The translations under genes were made by a program, and so were the position numbers. Below, piece by piece: positions 46,276 through 56,422 of a stretch of 62,666 nt of DNA (position 1 is the first letter of the stretch; the number at the start of each line of letters is the position of its first letter). Below the pieces are notes generated by a model, which worked only from the letters and a program-made list of their open reading frames with translations, did not search any database and had not been told where the DNA came from. The DNA is from an uncultured Elusimicrobiales bacterium (lineage in GTDB: Bacteria > Elusimicrobiota > Endomicrobiia > Endomicrobiales > CAIRNS01): assembly GCA_964577205.1 (NCBI GenBank), contig CAZNYG010000002.1:3757-66422 (forward strand), given 5' to 3'.

Positions 46276-46797
46276 ATGAACCCGGCTTTGAAAACTATTT
46301 TTTCTCGCAAAAGCGTCCGCGCTTACAAGAATACGCCGGTTCCCGACGAAACATTCACGCTGCTGGTGAAAGCCGGCATGGCGGCGCCGACCGCCGTGGA
46401 CAAACGCCCCTGGGAATTCGTCATAATAACTGACCGGCCGCTGCTCAAACAGCTGGCGGCCGCACTGCCTTACGCCAGAATGGCGGAGCAGTCCGCGGGG
46501 GTGATCATCGTTTCCGGGGATATTGAACGCCAGTTCGGCGGGCCGGATTCGCAGTTCTGGATCATGGACTGCAGCGCGGCGACCGAGAACATTCTGCTCG
46601 CTGCTGAATCACTGGGCCTCGGAGCTGTTTGGACCGCGGTCTATCCGGATAACGGCCGGGTCGCCGCCATACGGAAGATCCTCGGCATGCCGGACAGGAT
46701 CATCCCGCTGAGCCTGATCCCGGTCGGGGTGCCCGAGGGTAACCCTAAGCCGAAAGACAAGTATAACGCGGCACAGATACACCGTAACCGCTGGTGA
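46276..46797 (+). CDS. Nitroreductase family protein
   Basis: IFSRKSVRAYK N-terminal motif and the WTAVYP region. The ATG at 46276 (GAGGAG upstream) gives a canonical cytoplasmic N-terminus. The upstream ATG at 46180 (AGGAGG upstream) would add a signal-peptide-like extension. Confidence 0.75.
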   Translation: MNPALKTIFSRKSVRAYKNTPVPDETFTLLVKAGMAAPTAVDKRPWEFVIITDRPLLKQLAAALPYARMAEQSAGVIIVSGDIERQFGGPDSQFWIMDCSAATENILLAAESLGLGAVWTAVYPDNGRVAAIRKILGMPDRIIPLSLIPVGVPEGNPKPKDKYNAAQIHRNRW

Positions 46798-46873
46798 ACC
46801 GGTACTGCTCCCTTCGTATGACTCCCCTCCTTTTCAAAGAAGGGCCGGGGAAGTCAAGCAGATCCGGCAGTCC

Positions 46874-46902
46874 TTGACAACAGCCCGGAGTTATGGTATC
46901 GT
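46874..46902 (+). promoter_or_regulatory. Possible promoter of a leuA leader transcript
   Basis: TTGACA (46874-46879), a 17-nt spacer, then TATCGT (46897-46902). Confidence 0.4.
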
Positions 46903-46911
46903 AGTAATACC

Positions 46912-47019
46912 ATGACGCATACGGCAATGAACACCAGCGCGCTTTTTCTTTCTCTTGACCTGCTCCGACTTGTCGGGCAGGGAGAAAGGGGAGGTGCGTT
47001 TTCATTCATTGCATGGTAG
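46912..47019 (+). promoter_or_regulatory. Candidate Leu-rich leader peptide ORF (35 codons) upstream of leuA
   Basis: MTHTAMNTSALFLSLDLLRLVGQGERGGAFSFIAW has six Leu among codons 11-20. The ATG sits about 10 nt after the putative -10, with no SD. An intrinsic terminator follows. Confidence 0.35.
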
Positions 47020-47049
47020 CGAACTGACGTAAGCCGGCAAATGGATTAG

Positions 47050-47089
47050 AACCACCACCTTTCAGGGTCGGTGGTTTTTTTATTTTTTC
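47050..47089 (+). terminator. Intrinsic terminator / attenuator upstream of leuA
   Basis: ACCACCACC tttcag GGTcgGGTGGT, followed by TTTTTTTATTTTTT. Confidence 0.7.
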
Positions 47090-47237
47090 CGCAGGGGAAA
47101 ATAAACCTGAACGCAGTCGAAGGGTATACGCGCGGTACAGGTTAACCACTCTGGAAAGGATGTGTCCCGAACCCCTATGCGGTAAGTCGAAGGCCGGGTC
47201 CGAACCATATTCGGATGAGAAATAAAGGAGACTGATC

Positions 47238-48911
47238 ATGTGCAACGCCAAAGAGCCGTCCCGAAACGCGGCAAAGTATCATCCGTACCCGGCGGTGGAT
47301 CTGGAAAACCGCGCCTGGCCCGGCAGAGTGATTGAACGGGCCCCTGCGTGGTGCAGCGTCGATCTTCGTGACGGTAACCAGGCGTTGAGCGTCCCGATGA
47401 GCCTGGACGAGAAGATCAGGATGTTCAGCTTTCTGGTAAAGACCGGCTTCAAGGAGATCGAAGTGGGATTTCCTTCGGCTTCGGCGGTAGAATACGAGTT
47501 CGTCCGCGCTCTGATCGAGCGTGATCTTATTCCGGAGGACGTGACGATCCAGGTCTTGACCCAGGCGCGGGAACACCTGATCCGTTCCACGGTCGCTTCG
47601 CTGAAGGGGGCGCGCAAAGCCATCATCCACGTCTATAACTCCACGTCGCCGGTCCAGAGGGAAGTCGTTTTCGGAAAAAACCGCGAGGAGGTTACGGGTG
47701 TCGCGGTGGAAGGCGTCCGGCTTATACGCGAGCTGGTCAGCGACGCGGGTATCGCTGATCCCCGTCTGGAATACTCGCCGGAAAGCTTTACGGCGACAGA
47801 GCTTGATTACGCACTGGAGATATGCCACGCGGTCATGGACGTATGGCAGCCCGCCCCCGGACGGGAGATCATCCTGAACCTGCCGTCCACCGTGGAGATG
47901 TCGACACCGAACGTGTTCGCCGACCGTATCGAGTGGTTCTGCCGGCGCGTGCGCGGCCGTTCGTGCGTCATTATCAGCGTGCATCCGCATAATGACCGCG
48001 GTACCGCGGTGGCCGCGGCGGAGCTGGCCGTCATGGCGGGCGCCGACCGCGTGGAAGGTTCGCTGTTTGGCAACGGAGAACGGTGCGGCAACCTGGATAT
48101 TATCACAATGGCCATGAACCTGTTCAGCAGGGGCATAGATCCGTGCCTGGACTTCACCGATATCGACGCGGTGCGGAATACTTATACCGGCTGCACGCGC
48201 ATGCCCATCCATCCGCGGCACCCTTACGCGGGCGACCTGGTATACACGGCCTTTTCAGGGTCGCACCAGGATGCCATCAGCAAGGGGATGAAAGCGTACG
48301 CGAAAAAAAAGGATAAGGCATGGGACGTGCCTTATCTGCCGATAGACCCGGCGGACGTGGGGAGGACGTATGAGGCCATCATCCGGATAAACAGCCAGTC
48401 GGGCAAAGGCGGCGTCGCCTACATTATGGAAACGGAATACGGTATCCAGATCCCGAAATGGATGCAGCCTGAGTTCGGCCGCGTCATTCAAAAGATTACC
48501 GACGGCACCGGCAGGGAACTGAAGAACACGGAAATTCGGGATTGTTTCGAAAAGACTTATCTCGGAACGGGCGGCGCTTACCGGCTGGAAAAATGCCACT
48601 GTGATATGAACGGCGGCGCGCGCGTTGCCGCGGAAGTGGTGGGTCCCGATGGCGCCATGACATTTGAAGCGGAAGGGAACGGCCCGCTGGACGCGTTCGT
48701 CAAAGGATTTCGAAAAGCCGCCGGCTTGACGTTCACGCTGGACCATTATGCGGAACATGCTCTGTCCGAAGGTTCGGACGCCCGGGCGATCGCCTTTGCG
48801 GGTATACGGGATCAGAAGGGAGTGGCATGGTGCGGTTCCGGGACGGACGCGAATATCGGTACCGCTTCGATCAAAGCCGTTCTGAGCGCGGTCAACCGTA
48901 CGGAGGATTGA
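47238..48911 (+). CDS. leuA: 2-isopropylmalate synthase (long form)
   Basis: DLRDGNQ, HPHNDRGTAVAAAELAVMAGADRVEG and a C-terminal LeuA dimerisation/regulatory region. Confidence 0.93.
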   Translation: MCNAKEPSRNAAKYHPYPAVDLENRAWPGRVIERAPAWCSVDLRDGNQALSVPMSLDEKIRMFSFLVKTGFKEIEVGFPSASAVEYEFVRALIERDLIPEDVTIQVLTQAREHLIRSTVASLKGARKAIIHVYNSTSPVQREVVFGKNREEVTGVAVEGVRLIRELVSDAGIADPRLEYSPESFTATELDYALEICHAVMDVWQPAPGREIILNLPSTVEMSTPNVFADRIEWFCRRVRGRSCVIISVHPHNDRGTAVAAAELAVMAGADRVEGSLFGNGERCGNLDIITMAMNLFSRGIDPCLDFTDIDAVRNTYTGCTRMPIHPRHPYAGDLVYTAFSGSHQDAISKGMKAYAKKKDKAWDVPYLPIDPADVGRTYEAIIRINSQSGKGGVAYIMETEYGIQIPKWMQPEFGRVIQKITDGTGRELKNTEIRDCFEKTYLGTGGAYRLEKCHCDMNGGARVAAEVVGPDGAMTFEAEGNGPLDAFVKGFRKAAGLTFTLDHYAEHALSEGSDARAIAFAGIRDQKGVAWCGSGTDANIGTASIKAVLSAVNRTED

Positions 48912-48936
48912 GGAGAGCCGGTCGATCGCGCCGCGT

Positions 48937-48965
48937 TTGACAGACGGCAGTGCCGATGATATAAT
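48937..48965 (+). promoter_or_regulatory. Consensus sigma70 promoter upstream of the amidase gene
   Basis: TTGACA (48937-48942), a 17-nt spacer, then TATAAT (48960-48965). Confidence 0.6.
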
Positions 48966-49039
48966 GCCGGAAAGACAACGGATCCGTTTCCGATGGCAGC
49001 GTTGTCACAGCTATTCAAATGGGACCGTCACGACATGCC

Positions 49040-50941
49040 ATGAAAAGAATATTGATTGTCATATGCCTGTTAGGTACCGGTTTTTCCGTTTTTGCCGGGC
49101 CCGCTGTTCGCGGCGCGGCACATTCTCCGGACGGCTTGTCACGGATATTGCCGTCTACCGGAACCATACCGGGGGCGCCCTCGCTGCCCCCCGCCGGTAC
49201 ACCGGCCATTCGTCAGCCGCGCGAAGGCGCGCGTTTACCGCGGCTGAGGCAGACGTTCGTATTCGGCGCCGCCGATCCGCGGGGAAGCCTTACCATAAAC
49301 GGAGAACCCGTTGAGATACATCCGGACGGCGGTTTCCTGACAATGGTCAGCCTTTCTTCAGGAACGTTCGCCATAACCGCGGAACTCGCGCTGGGAGCCA
49401 CTGCTTATGCGGCCCGCCGTACGGTGTTTGTCGCCGGTCCGGAACAGCCTTCCCCGAAAGAACCGCTGGCCATCGAATGGATCTCCCCCGATGTCGATAT
49501 TGAGGCTCTGCCCGGCGAGGAGGTGGAGGTTTCATGTAAAGGCAGCCCGGGTATGAGCGCGTGGTTTACCGTTGGAAAGTCGAAAGAAAGATATTTCCTG
49601 CGCGAAACCGTCGAATATCCCGGCGGCATCTATCGCGGCCTGTTCGTTATCCCCGCCGCCGGCGAGTTGAAAAACGCCCGGATCACCGTCACGCTGTCAG
49701 ATGAAAAGGAACACAAAAAGATCTCACGTCCGGGCGAACATGCCGTCTCGCGGTTTTCAGACACGGCCCCGGTCATGGCCGAAGTGGTGTCGCCGAACGC
49801 GGTGCTCCGCGCGGGCCCGGTCACAGGCGGCGATGACAAGGCCGGATACGTCATTTTCCCACCCGTCGGCACTCGGCTGCGCGTTACCGGCAGAAGGGGG
49901 GATGAACTCCGCGTGCGCCTTTCTCCCGGCCGGGCGCTTTGGACGGGATCGAACGATGTGCGCCTTTTGCCGGAGGGTACGCTTTCGTCTAAAGCGGCCG
50001 CGGGCAGTGTTACCGTGGAAGGGAACGATCGCGTATCCCGTGTTTCGCTGACACTGGGACGCCGCGTGCCTTTTGATATCGTGCCCGACGTTTCGGGCGC
50101 GTATGTAGATATCACGCTTTACGGAGTGGTGTCAAATACGGATTGGATATCGCTGCCGGCGGCCGGAGCGATAGATCAGGTGCGCTGGTTCCAGGACGAC
50201 GAGGAAACGTACCGATTGAGGGTATATACCCGAAATATCTGGTGGGGATACGATGCCCGCTATGAGGGCTCGGCGTTCATCTTCGAATTGCGTTGCCCGC
50301 CGCCCCCGGGCGGGAACCACTCGCCGTTGTCTGGTATTACCGTCGTGCTGGATCCGGGGCATTATCCGGACACCGGCGCTGTCGGGCCCACCGGGCTGGA
50401 AGAGAAGGACGCGAACCTCGCCTCGGGGTTCGCGCTGCGGAAAAAGTTGGAAGGCAAAGGGGCCCGGGTTGTCATGACGCGCCGGGGGAACGAGGCCGTG
50501 GCGCTGCATGACCGTCCCAGGATAGCCGGGCGGGCGGAAGGAGACATACTTATCAGCCTGCACAATAACGCTGTCGGGGTAAGCGAAGATCCCCTGAAGA
50601 AGAACGGATACGGGGTATATTATTTTCAGCCGCTCAGCCTTCCTCTGGCCCGGGACATCCATACGGCGTACGGCGAAGCATTCGGCCCCGGGAACCGGAA
50701 CGGCATGGCATTGCGCGACGACGGCATTCATTACGGCAATCTTGTGCTGGTCAGGACAACGTACATGCCTTCGGTCCTGATCGAGTCAGCTTATATCATT
50801 GTTCCGCGGGAGGAAGCCCTGCTGAAGCGGTTCTCTTTTCACGATGCCTGTGCCGATGCGGTCGTCCGCGGACTGGAAAAATATCTGAGCCGGCTGCGCC
50901 AAGCGGCCGCGGGGCCGCTTCCGGCCCGGCGTAAGAAATAG
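49040..50941 (+). CDS. Secreted N-acetylmuramoyl-L-alanine amidase (Amidase_3) with a ~400-aa N-terminal region of unknown function
   Basis: Signal peptide MKRILIVICLLGTGFSVFA. C-terminal VVLDPGHYPDTGA ... EKDANL ... ISLHNNA ... LIESAYI, typical of AmiC/CwlD-type amidases. Confidence 0.85.
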   Translation: MKRILIVICLLGTGFSVFAGPAVRGAAHSPDGLSRILPSTGTIPGAPSLPPAGTPAIRQPREGARLPRLRQTFVFGAADPRGSLTINGEPVEIHPDGGFLTMVSLSSGTFAITAELALGATAYAARRTVFVAGPEQPSPKEPLAIEWISPDVDIEALPGEEVEVSCKGSPGMSAWFTVGKSKERYFLRETVEYPGGIYRGLFVIPAAGELKNARITVTLSDEKEHKKISRPGEHAVSRFSDTAPVMAEVVSPNAVLRAGPVTGGDDKAGYVIFPPVGTRLRVTGRRGDELRVRLSPGRALWTGSNDVRLLPEGTLSSKAAAGSVTVEGNDRVSRVSLTLGRRVPFDIVPDVSGAYVDITLYGVVSNTDWISLPAAGAIDQVRWFQDDEETYRLRVYTRNIWWGYDARYEGSAFIFELRCPPPPGGNHSPLSGITVVLDPGHYPDTGAVGPTGLEEKDANLASGFALRKKLEGKGARVVMTRRGNEAVALHDRPRIAGRAEGDILISLHNNAVGVSEDPLKKNGYGVYYFQPLSLPLARDIHTAYGEAFGPGNRNGMALRDDGIHYGNLVLVRTTYMPSVLIESAYIIVPREEALLKRFSFHDACADAVVRGLEKYLSRLRQAAAGPLPARRKK

Positions 50942-50992
50942 AATTCACAGCGTGTGTTCACGGTGGTTTAATACGAGTTCAAAGGGCAGGCC

Positions 50993-52843
50993 ATGGAAAG
51001 ATCTATCGCAGGAGCGGAAGCGGTCCGGTGGGACCTTGCCGCGCTGTATGCCGGGATCGATGATCCCAGGATCGACGAAGACCGGGACCGGCTGACGGAG
51101 AAGCTCAGTGATTTCAACAGGTCGTTCAAGGGAAAGCTTGCTGAAGCGCCCGGGCAGGCGGTCGCGGCGTACGCCGACATCCGCATGCTCGAGGACAAGA
51201 TCATGCTGTACCTGTATCTTCTGTTGAGCACGAATGTCGCCGAAGCGTCCGTGAAGGCGAAAATAGCCGAAACGGAACGCATGCTGAGCGGCGCCTTCGG
51301 CGAGTATATGTCTTTTTTCAAGATCGAAATGGCCGCGATAGACGATAAAACGCTCGAACGCTGGTACAGGGATGATCCCGTCGTCGCCCGCCACCGTCCC
51401 TGGATCGAGCATGAACGCGTGTTCAAACCGCATCTGCTCAGCGAAGCCGTCGAGTCTGCGCTCATCAAACGCTCGCCTTTCGGGCCGTCGGCGTGGAGTG
51501 AATTTTTCGACGAACTGGAAGCCGATATCGAAGCGGAATACCTTGGGGAGAAAAAAACGCTGACGGAACTCCTGCACCTGCTGGCCGAATCAGGGGATGC
51601 CGGAGAAAGGGCCGCGGTGCTGCGCATTATCGACGACAGCCTGAAGGGCGCGTTCGCCAGGTATTCCGCCCAGGCCCTGTACATGGTGGCCGGTTCGGCC
51701 TCGGTCGAGAACCGCGAACGTTCCTACCGGAACCCGATGGACGCGCGGAACAAGTCCAACCGCATCCCCGACGAAGTGGTCGACGTGCTCCATCAGGTGA
51801 TCGTAGACGCCGCGGGCCCGGTCGCCCGGCGGTATTACCGCCTCAAGGCCGCTCATCTCGGGATGAAGACGCTGAAGTGGAGCGACCGCAACGCGCCGAT
51901 GCCGTTCGCCGACACGGCGGTCATCCCCTTCGAAGAGGCGCGGGAGACCGTCATCGCGGCGTACCGGAGTTTCAGTCCGGAGCTCGCCCGGCTGGCGCAA
52001 AGTTTCTTTGACGAAAAACGCGTCGACGCTCCCGCGCTGAAGGGGAAACGGAGCGGCGCCTTCAATTATTCCGTCGTGCTTCCGGGGAACGCGCCGATAT
52101 CCTTTGTGTTCATGAACTATCTCGGTTCGAACCGGGATGTCATGACGCTGGCGCACGAGCTGGGCCACGGGGTCCACGGCCTGCTCGCGGGCGGGGCGCG
52201 GGGCGCGCTGATGGCGCAGGCTCCCATAGCGTATGCCGAAACCGCTTCGGTATTCGGAGAAATGACGACGTTCAGGTTCCTGCGGGAACGGCTGGAGAAG
52301 AAGAACGACCGGCAGTCGCGGCTCGCGCTGCTTATGGGTAAGATAGACGATGTGCTGAACACGCTGGTGCGCCAGATCAGCTTTTCCCTTTTCGAGCGCC
52401 GGCTGCACGGGTTCGACGAGGCGGAAAATACCTGGAAGCCCCCGGAAAAAATGCCGGTCGCCGGCATCAACCGGCTCTGGCTCGAGTCTACGAAACAGCT
52501 CTACGGCGACGACGGCGACGTGTTCACGTATGAGAACGCCGATCATCTCTGGTCATATATATCGCATTTTCACAGCCCGTTCTACGTTTATGGATACGCG
52601 TTCGGCGAACTGCTGACGCAAAGCCTGTACGCTCAGCGCTCCCGCGTCGGCGAACGTTTCGAACCGCTCTACATCGATCTGCTGAGCTCCGGCTCGACGA
52701 AGAACGTGTTCGAGCTGCTCAAACCGTTCGATCTTGATCCGGGCGACAGAGGTTTCTGGTCTTACGGGATCGACAACGGCCTCGGCGCGCTCGTCGCTGA
52801 AGCGGAAGATCTTTCGCGGGACGCGGGCGTCCGTGTCAAATGA
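50993..52843 (+). CDS. pepF: Oligoendopeptidase F family (M3B)
   Basis: Zinc motif HELGHGVH with a downstream ETASVFGE glutamate. Length is about 615 aa. Confidence 0.9.
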   Translation: MERSIAGAEAVRWDLAALYAGIDDPRIDEDRDRLTEKLSDFNRSFKGKLAEAPGQAVAAYADIRMLEDKIMLYLYLLLSTNVAEASVKAKIAETERMLSGAFGEYMSFFKIEMAAIDDKTLERWYRDDPVVARHRPWIEHERVFKPHLLSEAVESALIKRSPFGPSAWSEFFDELEADIEAEYLGEKKTLTELLHLLAESGDAGERAAVLRIIDDSLKGAFARYSAQALYMVAGSASVENRERSYRNPMDARNKSNRIPDEVVDVLHQVIVDAAGPVARRYYRLKAAHLGMKTLKWSDRNAPMPFADTAVIPFEEARETVIAAYRSFSPELARLAQSFFDEKRVDAPALKGKRSGAFNYSVVLPGNAPISFVFMNYLGSNRDVMTLAHELGHGVHGLLAGGARGALMAQAPIAYAETASVFGEMTTFRFLRERLEKKNDRQSRLALLMGKIDDVLNTLVRQISFSLFERRLHGFDEAENTWKPPEKMPVAGINRLWLESTKQLYGDDGDVFTYENADHLWSYISHFHSPFYVYGYAFGELLTQSLYAQRSRVGERFEPLYIDLLSSGSTKNVFELLKPFDLDPGDRGFWSYGIDNGLGALVAEAEDLSRDAGVRVK

Positions 52844-53933
52844 CCCGTTGCGCCTCCGCCGCTTTCATGAGGGTTTCCGTCTCTCTGCGGATGATGTCGG
52901 ATTCGTCCAGCGCGTTGATGTAGAAATGCCTTTGTGAACGGGCCGAGGTGATCCGCAGGACGTCCCTGCCGCTGTTCCACGGCATTTCGTCGAGATTGAT
53001 GCCGAGGAATGCCATGTCTTTCGCCAGCTGATAGATGATCTGGTTGAGATGGCCAGCGTAACAGCCGGCGAAAACGATCGCGCCGAGTCCGCGCAGCAGA
53101 GACATGTAATCTCCGATATATTTGAGGATTTGATTACGGTACACGTCGAACGCGAGGGTCACCGCCTCGTCCTTCCCGTACAGTGTGGCCAGTTCGTTCA
53201 GCGGGAGATCGAATCCCGTCATGCCGAGAAAACCGCTTTTTTTCTTCAGCAGTTCGTCGATCTTGTACATCGAGTATCCCTGCTCCTTCATCAGATAGAC
53301 TATGATGCCCGGATCGATGTCCCCGCAGCTTTTCGCGGACATGATGCCCTCCAGCGGCGTGTAGCCCAGGCTGACCGCCACGGGCTTTCCTTTGGCGATA
53401 GCGCAGACCGTCGTCTGCCGGTCCAGCACCACTGAAATGATCTTCTCTTCGCCGGGAAACAGCTTCGCGTGTTCACCGTGGAATATCCCGTGGTATCCCT
53501 GTTTGACGACACTGCTGTCCCGGTAATAGGTATGCGCCAGGGGATAGAGCGTCTCGCTCGCCGGAAGCCCTGAAAAGAACGATGTCTCGAAGAAGGCGAA
53601 CTGGGGGATGTCCTTCAGGGTTTCGACGAACAGGCCGAGGACAGCGCAGGCCGAAGGTATATACAGGGGAAAATCTCCCGCGCGCCGCGCGAGAGCGGCG
53701 ATGAATTGATCCGTCACGCGGGCCGGTTCCCCGCCGGCGTCGCCGCCGAAATGCAGATGGAATGAACACGCCTCCACCGGTTCGTCGCCCGCGAGGCGGC
53801 GGATGATGTCGCGGAGTTGTCCGGCGCGGCTGCCGGCATGGCGGTCGGCCCTCCATTCGTGTGTCGAGACGCTCCGCGCGCCGAAAGCTCTGAACGATAT
53901 TTTTCCTGGTAATGGTTCGACGACAATTATCAT
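52836..53933 (-). CDS. Divergent acetate/propionate-kinase-family paralog with substituted catalytic motifs
   Basis: Clearly alignable to the adjacent AckA (GYHGIFH, SLGYTPLEGIMSAKSCGDID, SGFLGMTG). However, the phosphate-1 motif is VVEPLPGKISF instead of VINCGSSSLKY, and HLGSGGS is replaced by VLDRQTT. ATGA overlap with the ackA stop. Confidence 0.7.
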   Translation of the reverse strand: MIIVVEPLPGKISFRAFGARSVSTHEWRADRHAGSRAGQLRDIIRRLAGDEPVEACSFHLHFGGDAGGEPARVTDQFIAALARRAGDFPLYIPSACAVLGLFVETLKDIPQFAFFETSFFSGLPASETLYPLAHTYYRDSSVVKQGYHGIFHGEHAKLFPGEEKIISVVLDRQTTVCAIAKGKPVAVSLGYTPLEGIMSAKSCGDIDPGIIVYLMKEQGYSMYKIDELLKKKSGFLGMTGFDLPLNELATLYGKDEAVTLAFDVYRNQILKYIGDYMSLLRGLGAIVFAGCYAGHLNQIIYQLAKDMAFLGINLDEMPWNSGRDVLRITSARSQRHFYINALDESDIIRRETETLMKAAEAQRVI

Positions 53934-55162
53934 TGCTGTGCACCTCGGTAAGAAACCGCGTTGTAGGATTCGCGGGCTATCATGATCTCCTCGTTAGTCG
54001 GGACCGCGAGGACCCTTGTTTCCGAACCGGCGCCGGTGATGTCGGCGTTCCGGTACGCGGAAGTGCGGTTCTTTTTTCCATCAAGGGCGATGCCGAAGCA
54101 TTCAAGCCCCTCGCAGGCGCTCAGCCGCACCTCGGGCAGTTCGATGCCCAGAGTGTCGGTGAACACCAGAATATCGGCTTTTTTAAGCAGCAGCGAATAA
54201 TAGCCGATATACTTCCTGACCCTGCGCACGTACATGTCGAAAGTGACGCGCGCTTTCGGGTCGGTATCCCTGTGGCGGGCGACGTCCCTCATATCCGACG
54301 ACGTGCTGAACACGCCTAGGATGCCGCTTTTGAAGTTGAGCATTCTCTCGGCGTCTTCCGGCGAAAGATTGTTCTTTGCCATGACCTGGAAGAGCACGCC
54401 GATGTCGAGGTCGCCGCAGCGGGTGTTCATCATTAGCCCTTCAAGCGGGGTGTACCCCATGGAGTTGTTGATCGAAACGCCGTTCCTGATAGCGCAGACG
54501 CTCGAACCTCCGCTGCCCAGATGGCAGCTGATGATCTTCTGCGTGGCGGGGTCCCTTCCGAGGAACCTGCACGCTTCCTGGGCGATGTACTGATGCGATA
54601 TGCCGTGAAAACCGATCTTTTTGAGATGGTGCTGCCTGACCAGCTTGCCCGGCAGGGCGTACGCGGCGTACTCCGCGGGGATCGTGCTGTGGAAAGCTGT
54701 GTCGAACACCGCGTACTGGGGGATATCCCTGTATTCCCGTGCGCACGTTTCTATGAGGTCGAGGGAAACCTTGTTGTGTATCGGAGCGAGGCTGACGGTT
54801 TTTTTCAACCTGGCGATCGCGCGCTGGTCGATCCTGACGGTGCGCTTGAACGACGGCCCCGGATGAACGTACCGGTGCGCGAAACAGTCACAGGCCGGGC
54901 AGTCCCCGTTCTTCGATCCTTCGTTCAGCAGGGCAATGACTTCCCGGAACGCGGCCGCGTGGTCGGGAAGGGGCACGGTGACCTTTCGTTCCTTTCCTCC
55001 CGCGGAGTGCAGGATGGCGGACGGTTCGCTGCCGAGCATGCCGACGCGCACCGCTTCGCCGCGGGCGCATTCCTCTTCGCCGGGCATCCGGATGACGCGG
55101 TATTTCAGCGACGAGCTGCCGCAGTTGATGACAAGGATGGCGGCGCCGCGTTCAGATCTCAT
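53930..55162 (-). CDS. ackA: Acetate kinase
   Basis: ILVINCGSSSLKY, VFDTAFH, GFHGISHQY, HLGSGGSSVCA, TPLEGLMMNTRCGDLD and PTNEE. Confidence 0.93.
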   Translation of the reverse strand: MRSERGAAILVINCGSSSLKYRVIRMPGEEECARGEAVRVGMLGSEPSAILHSAGGKERKVTVPLPDHAAAFREVIALLNEGSKNGDCPACDCFAHRYVHPGPSFKRTVRIDQRAIARLKKTVSLAPIHNKVSLDLIETCAREYRDIPQYAVFDTAFHSTIPAEYAAYALPGKLVRQHHLKKIGFHGISHQYIAQEACRFLGRDPATQKIISCHLGSGGSSVCAIRNGVSINNSMGYTPLEGLMMNTRCGDLDIGVLFQVMAKNNLSPEDAERMLNFKSGILGVFSTSSDMRDVARHRDTDPKARVTFDMYVRRVRKYIGYYSLLLKKADILVFTDTLGIELPEVRLSACEGLECFGIALDGKKNRTSAYRNADITGAGSETRVLAVPTNEEIMIARESYNAVSYRGAQQ

Positions 55163-56357
55163 CGGAGGACCACCCGAACGTCGGTACGCCGATATTCCTG
55201 TGGAGCATCATCGCCTGCCCGTACACCGCTTTTTTGACCGTCTCGAAACCGGAGGCCTCGGTGGCGGATTCCATCGAAGGGCCGAACCCGAATGTCGGGA
55301 TGCCGAGCTCGCCGAACGTGTAGGAGCCTTCGGTCATTGTGTTCTTCCAGTACCCGGTGCCGGGGGTAAATCCGTTGTCGGTCAACGCCTGCAGGGACCG
55401 CAAAACGAACGGATGGCTGGGTTCCATCGACCACGGTTTGATCTCTTTCTCTGAGACGACATTCGTCCCGGCGATCGTCTTGATGTTCTCCCGGGCCACG
55501 GCGGTCTCCACCAGGACGCTCTGTTCTCCACGGTAGACCGACTGCGCGATCATTTTCGCGCGTTCGAGTATGTTCTCCTGCTGTTCCTCCGGCACGAACG
55601 TCCTGTCTACGATCACTTTGAACTCGTTCTCTTTGTCCAGAGGCTGCGTCCCGCAGAAATGGACGTCCTTGATCTTCAGGCTGGAGCCGCCCATGGAATT
55701 ATTCAGCGGAAGATTGCGGGAAAGGTTTTCCAGCTCGTGGATGAGAGGGAACATGGTGCCCAGGATATTGATGCCGCGGCTTTCAACGAAACCGTTGCCC
55801 AGCCGCACTTTTACGACGATCTCGTATTCCATCCTGCCTTTGTGCCCGAGATAGACGTTCATGTCCGTGGGTTCGCACAGGATGATGCCTTTCAGCCGAT
55901 TGACGCGCTTCCTGAGATAATAATCGAAGAGGTATTTGATCCCGAAGCCGCAGCATCCCGAGCGGGGCACGCCGCATACCAGCACGTCGCCTACCAGCGG
56001 AAGGAGCGTCCTTTTCAGGACGGCGGCGGAATAGAGCGCGGAGATGATCCCCTGGTCGTAGCTGCCGATGCTGTTGCCGTACGGGGCCGTTTCGCCGGGT
56101 TTTCTTCCCTGGGCGTAGTCCAGGTGGAACACGAGGGCGATATCCTGCTCCTGCCGGTAACCGTTCATCGTCCCGACGATGTTGTCGAAGCGGTCGGTCT
56201 CGGAGGAATCGAAATCGAGGGATCTCATCTCGTCGAGGATCAGCCCGTTGAACTGCCCGGCGTCGCCGCCGTCCGTTTTGCATTCTTTGAGTTTTTTCCC
56301 GAACTGCTTCATCGGTTCGCTCAGGCCTTCAAGTTTACTCTGAATAAGCTGCTGCAT
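55152..56357 (-). CDS. M20 (ArgE/DapE/CPG2)-like protein with non-canonical metal/catalytic positions
   Basis: The order FHLDYA ... GSYDQG ... CEPTD ... GHKG resembles M20 peptidases. Where the DEE motif is expected, the sequence reads VPRSGCCGFG. The start at 56357 has AGGAGG 5 nt upstream; the ORF track extends to 56450. Confidence 0.6.
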   Translation of the reverse strand: MQQLIQSKLEGLSEPMKQFGKKLKECKTDGGDAGQFNGLILDEMRSLDFDSSETDRFDNIVGTMNGYRQEQDIALVFHLDYAQGRKPGETAPYGNSIGSYDQGIISALYSAAVLKRTLLPLVGDVLVCGVPRSGCCGFGIKYLFDYYLRKRVNRLKGIILCEPTDMNVYLGHKGRMEYEIVVKVRLGNGFVESRGINILGTMFPLIHELENLSRNLPLNNSMGGSSLKIKDVHFCGTQPLDKENEFKVIVDRTFVPEEQQENILERAKMIAQSVYRGEQSVLVETAVARENIKTIAGTNVVSEKEIKPWSMEPSHPFVLRSLQALTDNGFTPGTGYWKNTMTEGSYTFGELGIPTFGFGPSMESATEASGFETVKKAVYGQAMMLHRNIGVPTFGWSSDEI

Positions 56358-56422
56358 ACATGCCTCCTGTGTAGTATAGATTAACAATGTGAAATATTTG
56401 TAAACACCAATGGCAAATTTTT

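Noticed and set aside
46798-47237. T-box or other known riboswitch upstream of leuA
   Set aside because: I found no T-box consensus (AAUNNGGGUGGUACCGCG-like) or specifier-loop architecture. I kept only the leader-peptide/terminator hypothesis, at low confidence.
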